From a virus: 64,000 nt of DNA. The position numbers and the translations under genes were made by a program. Shown here one piece after another: positions 58,108 through 64,000 of this stretch (position 1 is its first letter; each line of letters starts with the position of its first letter). The notes under the pieces are model-generated. The model did no database searches. It saw only the letters and a list, made by a program, of their open reading frames with translations, and was not told the origin of the DNA. The stretch lies in the IMG/VR virus record IMGVR_UViG_3300035698_034402, positions 20,989 to 84,988 of that record; one strand, written 5' to 3'.

Positions 58108-58480
58108 CTTCATTTGCAACGCAGAGAACGTGCTCTGGTTGCTGGGGCGCCCTCGTTTTTACCGCATGTGCCCCTCGTTTGCCCTGCTGCGGCCTCCGGT
58201 TCAAGAACTCTACCAGTACATGAAAGCGCACGGTCTGCTGGGCGGCTTGCAAGCCGGATGCGCCGGTTGCGACATATTCAAGGTGCGCCGGGCGCAGGGG
58301 CGGCTACTGGACGAGTTTGCCAGAATTTTCCTCTGGCTCTACGACGCCGGTAGAATGGACGAGCTGAATAAACTGCGGGCTTTGGCCGGTTCGGTGCGGC
58401 GCCAAGTATTTCGTAGGGTAATTTTGGCGTACTCCGGGCAAGCGACTAAAAAGCAGCATCGCCTTGTTATCGTGGAGTAG
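58058..58480 (+). CDS. Small basic protein with CxxC
   Basis: AGCAGCDI; loosely similar to 61342-61623; start uncertain. Confidence 0.5.
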   Translation: MLENEVSTSPLRVSKNDFICNAENVLWLLGRPRFYRMCPSFALLRPPVQELYQYMKAHGLLGGLQAGCAGCDIFKVRRAQGRLLDEFARIFLWLYDAGRMDELNKLRALAGSVRRQVFRRVILAYSGQATKKQHRLVIVE

Positions 58481-58485
58481 AGCGC

Positions 58486-60480
58486 ATGAGCAAGCTCGTC
58501 AATTGCTGGGCAGGCAACTTCGTTTCAGTCAATAACGAATATGTGAAAGTTGGCTCCTACTCCACGTTCAATTTCATTCCCACGCTAAATGCTTTCACTA
58601 TTCAGGCCTGGGTCCGCACCACCACGGGCAACGGCGAGCAGTACATTATCGGCAAAGGCGACGCGGTTGGTTTGCAGTATGCTATTTCCTTCGCGGACCC
58701 TGATCTTAATATCACCATCGGCGACGACGCATTCTCTTTCGATATCAACGCTCTTTTGGGATATGGCTTGAATAATGACGGCTGGCACCACATTGTCGTC
58801 GTGGTGAGCACGACTACTGCTACGCTCTACATCGCTGGAGCGCAAGTGGGAGCGGCGCAGGCTCTTTCTGGCGTAGTCACCCGGCCCCGGGATCTTCTGA
58901 TCGGCGGCATCCGGAACGTTGATAATACGGATGTCAAGGGCTCCTGGGACGAGTACATAGACGAGATCGGAATTTGGGACGAGGCTCTCGGGGCGGCGGA
59001 GATTACCGCGCTTTACAACGCCGGAGTGGGTATCGCGCTGGACGACGATTCGGGCAATTACACTAGTTCAGATCATCTGATCGGCTGGTGGCGTATGGGT
59101 GACGGCGCCACCGAAAACGCCGGAGGCGTGCCGACGGCTAATATCGCCGACGAGTCGGGTAACGAACACAGTGCTACAGTTGAGAGCGACGCTTTGGATC
59201 TGGAGGTCTTCTACGCCGCGACGGCCAGCGCAGGCGGGCCGGGCGAGTGCCCGGTATTCGATTCTTCCTCCTCGCTTTACCCGGCGATTCCCCCGCGTTT
59301 GACTATCACTCGTGCTGACCAGGGCAATTTGGAGAAACGCGTTGGATTTGAAGGGGATTTGCATCGTCTGGTAGTCACCGCTACTGGCAACCAGGACAGC
59401 GTGCCCACCAAGCTTTTTGTTTACGAACGCGCCCGGGTAACTATCGGGCTGCCGTTGCAACGCCCGACTTTCCGACGGGTAGCGACGCTTCGTGACTTAC
59501 AAACTATTCCGGAGGATGCCCCCGGCACCACGATTCCCTTTGCGTATCGACGTGAACAGGCTGAGATCCTGTGCGAGACTGCGGCTAAATTAGACGAAGC
59601 TTGGATAGAGATTCAACGCCAGACGGCCACTTTGGCTCTCGACCTGAATGACTTCGGGATACCTGATGCGGACGGTGTGCTGCGCGGCGGCAGAGACGAA
59701 GCTGCGACTACAGATACCGAGACTTTCGATTTGGTAACGCCTTCTCCAACGCCTCCAACGCCGAGCCCGTCGTCATCTTCGTCGTCTCCGGTGCCTATTC
59801 AGGCGCCGCTGCGGCTGTCCTCTTCGTCATCGTTGTTTGTCTCTCCGCCGCAGCTATCTTCCTCGTCCCTGTGGGTCGATCCGCACGCGCTTGGTACAAG
59901 ACTTTATCCAGCTGTTGCTACCGATGTCGTGGCCCGGTTGACCGATGCAGCTACCGGCGTCAAGACCCTCTTCACCGATCTGGGCTTTGTCCGCTTTGGA
60001 AGAGACAGCGATCCATTGCGCACTTGGGATACATTCTTCCGGGTCCAGTTAGATATCCCCAAGTGTTCTTTGATCCAGACAGCGTATCTCATTTTGGGGG
60101 CACATACTTCGGAGACCGGGGAAGACGTCGTAGTCCGACTGTCCGATATTTACGCTGACGCTGCCTTTGCTGCCGTCGGGGCTTTCTCCGGGACTGACGA
60201 TCCGGCTAAGACAAACCAAACTCTGGTCTGGTCTCGGATCGCTGCGACAGGGGCGGGAAGCGGCTTGATAACTCCGAGTTTGGCGGACATGTTACAATTC
60301 TTCGTGGATCGCGGGAATTACACACCGGGCAGCGATTATTTCGGTCTCTGGATCAAGGAAGAAGCTTCGGACGACGGTGCTCGGCGGGACGCAACCGTGA
60401 CCGTGTCCTCTACACCGTATCTCAGAGTAGAGTACCGAGATGACCGGGAATGCCGTTCGTCCTCGTACTTGGGAGCTTGA
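58486..60480 (+). CDS. Multidomain adhesin-like protein: LamG/ConA-like, unknown domain, Ser/Pro linker, DNRLRE-like
   Basis: FTIQAWVR...DGWHHIVVV...IDEIGIWDEALGAAEITALYN...GWWRMGD (LamG); C-terminal FRVQLDIP...AYLIL...TPYLRVEY; four Ser tracts. Confidence 0.7.
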   Translation: MSKLVNCWAGNFVSVNNEYVKVGSYSTFNFIPTLNAFTIQAWVRTTTGNGEQYIIGKGDAVGLQYAISFADPDLNITIGDDAFSFDINALLGYGLNNDGWHHIVVVVSTTTATLYIAGAQVGAAQALSGVVTRPRDLLIGGIRNVDNTDVKGSWDEYIDEIGIWDEALGAAEITALYNAGVGIALDDDSGNYTSSDHLIGWWRMGDGATENAGGVPTANIADESGNEHSATVESDALDLEVFYAATASAGGPGECPVFDSSSSLYPAIPPRLTITRADQGNLEKRVGFEGDLHRLVVTATGNQDSVPTKLFVYERARVTIGLPLQRPTFRRVATLRDLQTIPEDAPGTTIPFAYRREQAEILCETAAKLDEAWIEIQRQTATLALDLNDFGIPDADGVLRGGRDEAATTDTETFDLVTPSPTPPTPSPSSSSSSPVPIQAPLRLSSSSSLFVSPPQLSSSSLWVDPHALGTRLYPAVATDVVARLTDAATGVKTLFTDLGFVRFGRDSDPLRTWDTFFRVQLDIPKCSLIQTAYLILGAHTSETGEDVVVRLSDIYADAAFAAVGAFSGTDDPAKTNQTLVWSRIAATGAGSGLITPSLADMLQFFVDRGNYTPGSDYFGLWIKEEASDDGARRDATVTVSSTPYLRVEYRDDRECRSSSYLGA

Positions 60481-60482
60481 GT

Positions 60483-61349
60483 GTGTCTCAGCAGCTTACA
60501 ATAACTCGGCAAGTCTACGCGCCTGATGCACGATTGGAACATATGGGCGCTAGGATGGATTTGACCGTTGAGCAAGGCCTGGCGGATACTCCGCTCATGT
60601 TCTCGTCTTCATCTTCGCGGATAGAAATAGTCTTTTCGTCTTCGTCGGCAGCTGCAATTGGGACCGTAGAAAGCCTCTTCCTTCACCGCGAAGTCGGCGG
60701 GGAAAGCTATTTCTTGGGAATTTGTAGCCCCCAAGATCTAGAGGCCCAGCTGGTAGACTTGCCGGACGTCGAAACAGGACTGTATCGTAAGGCCACTGTA
60801 TCTCTGACTTTCCGAACGGAGACGTTGCTGGAAGAAGCCTGGGAGGCCTTGTTAGCCGAGATTAACGCGCTCGCCGATGCCTTGACTATTCTGGCGAGTT
60901 TAGACGAGAGTGAAGAAGTTGTTTACGATTACGAACCTGCTGCCTGCCTCATTTTAACCCGAGACGCAGTACGGATTTACCCGACGAGTTCGCCGGTAGG
61001 CTACCGGCTACATGTAGCCTGTCGCCCTGGAGAACGGGGGGACAACGATCCGAAGATCTTTTTGCATCGCGACGACTTGCCGGACCGGGAACGAGAGAGC
61101 CATTCGCGGCCAATCGCTGTATGCAGCCCTGGCGATTTGGCAGACTATCCGGAGGACGCGGCAAATGCTCGCCAGTTCCCCAGCTTGTATCGAACAGCGG
61201 AATTTGATATTGTCTCGGGTGATTTGGATCTGATTCAAGAAACCTGGGCTAACATTCAAGTTGAGGTAAGCCAGCTGACTGCGGCGCTGGAATGGCAGCA
61301 AACTCAGCTTACCGGGGTGACTACTACGATAATAGGTTACAATGCCTAA
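60483..61349 (+). CDS. Protein of two tandem copies of the domain found in the middle of 58486-60480
   Basis: GTG at 60483 with ggag RBS; LTITR...LFLHRE...ICSPQDL...LYRK...EEAW occurs twice. Confidence 0.65.
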   Translation: MSQQLTITRQVYAPDARLEHMGARMDLTVEQGLADTPLMFSSSSSRIEIVFSSSSAAAIGTVESLFLHREVGGESYFLGICSPQDLEAQLVDLPDVETGLYRKATVSLTFRTETLLEEAWEALLAEINALADALTILASLDESEEVVYDYEPAACLILTRDAVRIYPTSSPVGYRLHVACRPGERGDNDPKIFLHRDDLPDRERESHSRPIAVCSPGDLADYPEDAANARQFPSLYRTAEFDIVSGDLDLIQETWANIQVEVSQLTAALEWQQTQLTGVTTTIIGYNA

Positions 61350-61623
61350 AGTGATCACCCTAACTAATTCTGCCCTGTTGTCCACCTTGAGTAACCCGGA
61401 GGTAGCCAAAGCTTTTCCGGGGTTAAAAAAGGCCCGTAAGCGGGCGACTCGGCGCCGCGCCGGATGTTGTGGGGGCCGACGTCGGCATGAACAGGACGCG
61501 GCGGTCAACCAAATAAAACTCGCGATTAGTGCCTGGCCTGCGGGGGACAAGCAAAAGCTGAAACAGCTACTCAATGCCAAGAAACTGCGGATGTACGTTG
61601 GTAAACAAATGCTGGAGTTCTAA
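61342..61623 (+). CDS. Small basic protein with GCC motif
   Basis: RRRAGCCGGRRR; coupled to the previous gene. Confidence 0.6.
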   Translation: MPKVITLTNSALLSTLSNPEVAKAFPGLKKARKRATRRRAGCCGGRRRHEQDAAVNQIKLAISAWPAGDKQKLKQLLNAKKLRMYVGKQMLEF

Positions 61624-61639
61624 AAAGGAGAACGAATGT

Positions 61640-62101
61640 ATGACTGCGCAACCTGATCCCAAGTCTATGGACGGTATCGAAGTTATTGACACGATTAGTC
61701 CGGCGAAAAGCCCGTCGGAACCTGCCCAATTACGCCCCAGCGAGTTGCCCCCGGAGGAGCCGGTGGAAATGGTGCCTGCTCCGCAATCTGTAGCGGCCCG
61801 AGAGCCGCCCAGCGGGACTAACTTGCCGGGGGTTACAAGCGCAGTCGCCAAGCAGTTGTGGGAAGAAAAACGACTGAAGATCGTGGACGCCGAACGGGAG
61901 GGCACTTATCTGTACCTGACAGTAGAAGGCGACTACCCTGAAGATGTCGGAGAAGCAGATGCACGCAAGTTGGCTTTCGACGCCCGTTTTGACTACGGCT
62001 TCGACAACGCCGGAATCGAGCCTTACGGTGGTCTGCTATTAGTGGCCGATACATCTCCGCAGCGTTATCGGCAGACTTGGAGGCTGACTCGGGGACTCTA
62101 G
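61640..62101 (+). CDS. Hypothetical protein
   Basis: RBS aaggag, ATG at 61640; Pro-rich N-terminus. Confidence 0.6.
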   Translation: MTAQPDPKSMDGIEVIDTISPAKSPSEPAQLRPSELPPEEPVEMVPAPQSVAAREPPSGTNLPGVTSAVAKQLWEEKRLKIVDAEREGTYLYLTVEGDYPEDVGEADARKLAFDARFDYGFDNAGIEPYGGLLLVADTSPQRYRQTWRLTRGL

Positions 62102-62626
62102 ATGATAGCAGCACGTGAAATCGCCCGCGAGGGCGTCAGTTGGGCGGCCATACGGCGGTATGGCCGTCAGCTTTTTCCGCAGGGGGTTGCTTGGCAAGAT
62201 CTGGACCGCCGTAGCGAGGTTCCAGCGGAGGCGGCCCTGTGCATTTGCGCGGTTTACCATTTGACCGAGCGCCGAGTGTTGACGGAGGCGGAGGCCCTAT
62301 CTGCCTTGGCCTTTCATTGTGAAAGCGTAACGCGTTACGCGCGGACTGTGGAAAAGAGCCTACTCCCGTTTTTGGATGGAGAAGCTGAGCTGGCGGATCT
62401 TGCGTTGCCCGCGGCAATGTTGGAAATTCTGGACGGGCGCTGGGTGCGTTTCGGGCGCGGGCAACTCTTCGATGTCGAGAAGCAGCAAGCGCTTGATTTT
62501 CACGCTCTGGCTACTCCAGAGCACTGGTGGAAGCATCTCTGGTCGCATTGCCTTAGCTTACTTCAATTGCTTGTTAGACTTTACCCATTAGAGGAGCGGG
62601 ACCATGATGCTGAACACGACGCGTAA
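62102..62626 (+). CDS. Hypothetical protein
   Basis: Starts directly after the previous stop. Confidence 0.55.
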   Translation: MIAAREIAREGVSWAAIRRYGRQLFPQGVAWQDLDRRSEVPAEAALCICAVYHLTERRVLTEAEALSALAFHCESVTRYARTVEKSLLPFLDGEAELADLALPAAMLEILDGRWVRFGRGQLFDVEKQQALDFHALATPEHWWKHLWSHCLSLLQLLVRLYPLEERDHDAEHDA

Positions 62627-63344
62627 GCAACAGCTGCAAGCGAAGATGCGGGATGAGGGGGCGTTTGCTACATCCCTGTTAGCAATTTGTCTGGACACCT
62701 ACGGTACGGACATTTTTACATGGGATCCTCGTACTTTGTGGATCAACATTGCCGAGGATTTTGGGGTAGAGCTGCTCCCGCTTAGTAAGGATAAGATCCA
62801 GGCGCTGATTCTGGTGTATACGACGGACTTGCCGCTTGTTTCTGTGGAGGCCTTTAACCATGTCTGCAACGTGCTTAGCGGCAGCGAAGCTAATTTTCGT
62901 AGCTGGGATAGGCTCGATGTTCACGAGGCCTTGTGGGGCATATACGAAATGCTGCTGCATATCGGCATCAACCGCGAAGAGGGCGAAGATCCTCCAGAGT
63001 TTGGCCACGAGGTGCGGCGCTATCTAGGCGTCATTCTACAGGAGGATGGCATTTTTGATCCTCCGGACATTTTGAAAATCGCGGAGATGGACGATGCCTT
63101 GGGACCGGAGATATGGGCTGACGACCCGCAGCTCTTTAACGCAGCCTACGATTTGCAAAAGACGAATCAGCGGGAGTTGCTGAATTTTCTGGCGCAACGC
63201 CTGGGGCAGATGATGCAGGAGATCAATAATCTACCTCTGCAACATAAAGATGCGGAGACCTGGCAGAAGTTCCGCGCCGCGACTGAGCAGTCTATTCCTC
63301 AATTACTTTCTGAACAGTCCGCTGCTACAAGTGCCCGGATGTAA
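62604..63344 (+). CDS. Hypothetical protein
   Basis: 246-aa acidic ORF with RBS gaggag. Confidence 0.6.
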   Translation: MMLNTTRKQQLQAKMRDEGAFATSLLAICLDTYGTDIFTWDPRTLWINIAEDFGVELLPLSKDKIQALILVYTTDLPLVSVEAFNHVCNVLSGSEANFRSWDRLDVHEALWGIYEMLLHIGINREEGEDPPEFGHEVRRYLGVILQEDGIFDPPDILKIAEMDDALGPEIWADDPQLFNAAYDLQKTNQRELLNFLAQRLGQMMQEINNLPLQHKDAETWQKFRAATEQSIPQLLSEQSAATSARM

Positions 63345-63398
63345 TTCTTGGTCACAAGCAGTGGCGTAGTATATAGTGAGTGTGGACTTTGTTCTCCT

Positions 63399-63446
63399 GG
63401 CCCCGGTGACCCGGCCGCACGCTGGTCGCCGGGGCCGCTTATTTTA
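63399..63446 (+). terminator. GC-rich hairpin ending the late gene block
   Basis: ggccccggtgacc...ggtcgccggggcc followed by gcttatttt. Confidence 0.55.
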
Positions 63447-63565
63447 GTCTACCAATAAGGTTAACTTTTGCCCTCTAGTGCGCTATATTTATATGCTAAA
63501 GGTATAGGTATCGTTTGGACATGTTACCTTGGCTCCCCGAGCATTGCCGTGCTCCGGGAGCCTTC
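63447..63565 (+). promoter_or_regulatory. AT-rich putative promoter region plus hairpin
   Basis: ttgccc...tatatttatatgct; downstream ggctccccgagca...tgctccgggagcc stem. Confidence 0.35.
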
Positions 63566-63634
63566 CTTAGTTGTCGAGCGTTCGGGCAGCCATCACTTTC
63601 CGTTCTTTGTCCTTATGTCGCAGGAGTAAACCTT

Positions 63635-64000
63635 ATGCAAACGGTCGAAGTTAAAACCCAGGAGGAACTTGACGCTGCGTTGCGGCGCGACAATGCAGTA
63701 GTTTATTGTAGGGGGAACAGTTCGTTTATAGTTCGTGGCTCGTCCACGGTGCACGCCTACGATTCGTCCACGGTGCACGCCCACGATTCATCCACGGTGC
63801 GCGCCTACGGTTCGTCCACGGTGCACGTCCACGAGTCGTCCACGGTGCACGCCTACGATTCGTCCACGGTGCACGCCCACGAGTCGTCCACGGTGCACGC
63901 CCACGAGTCGTCCACGGTGCACGCCCACGAGTCGTCCACGGTGCTCGCCTACGATTCGTCCAAGGTGCACGCCTACGATTCGTCCACGGTGCGCGCCTAC
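63635..64000 (+). CDS. Octapeptide-repeat (beta-solenoid) protein, truncated by the window end
   Basis: RBS aggag, ATG at 63635; MQTVEVKTQEELDAAL...(SSTVHAYD)n; absent from the ORF track because it has no stop in the window. Confidence 0.75.
   Translation, partial: MQTVEVKTQEELDAALRRDNAVVYCRGNSSFIVRGSSTVHAYDSSTVHAHDSSTVRAYGSSTVHVHESSTVHAYDSSTVHAHESSTVHAHESSTVHAHESSTVLAYDSSKVHAYDSSTVRAY
63740..64000 (+). repeat. 24-bp tandem repeat, about 11 units (tcgtccacggtgcacgcc[tc]acga[tg])
   Basis: Directly visible, in frame with the 63635 ORF. Confidence 0.9.

Noticed and set aside
13437-60647. TCTTCGTC as a dispersed DNA-level motif or microsatellite
   Set aside because: The Ser tracts occur in one reading frame with synonymous TCN/AGY variation, which points to protein-level selection.
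1-64000. Alternative genetic code (stop-codon reassignment)
   Set aside because: TAG, TGA and TAA all end genes cleanly with the next gene starting immediately, and coding density is already near complete under code 11.
63740-64000. 24-bp repeats as iterons or CRISPR
   Set aside because: No spacers; they are in frame in an ORF with an RBS and vary like codons.

Overview
This 64 kb window is the late (virion morphogenesis) region of a large, GC-rich, contractile-tailed phage (myovirus morphology). Essentially every real gene is on the + strand and tightly coupled. The order is: a free-standing intein-like LAGLIDADG ORF; a head module (K-x-A-rich internal proteins, prohead protease, scaffold-like protein, decoration protein, major capsid protein); neck and tail completion genes; sheath, tube and spike/hub; an inserted IsrB (IS200/IS605 OMEGA) gene with its omega-RNA; tail chaperones with a probable -1 frameshift; tape measure; a baseplate block with an embedded sigma-70-type factor; a long array of paralogous Cys-rich fibre/appendage proteins; a GT9+GT2 double glycosyltransferase; LamG/DNRLRE-like adhesins; and the start of an octapeptide-repeat gene. 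The most striking unexplained signal is 33 poly-serine tracts (>=4 Ser, counted by eye) in 15 different virion genes. They use mixed TCN/AGY codons, are often flanked by Cys, and lie in the same gene cluster as a glycosyltransferase resembling Ser-modifying heptosyltransferases. This suggests a phage-encoded 'Ser-tag' system for decorating the virion surface. All product calls come from motif recognition and synteny; no database search was run.
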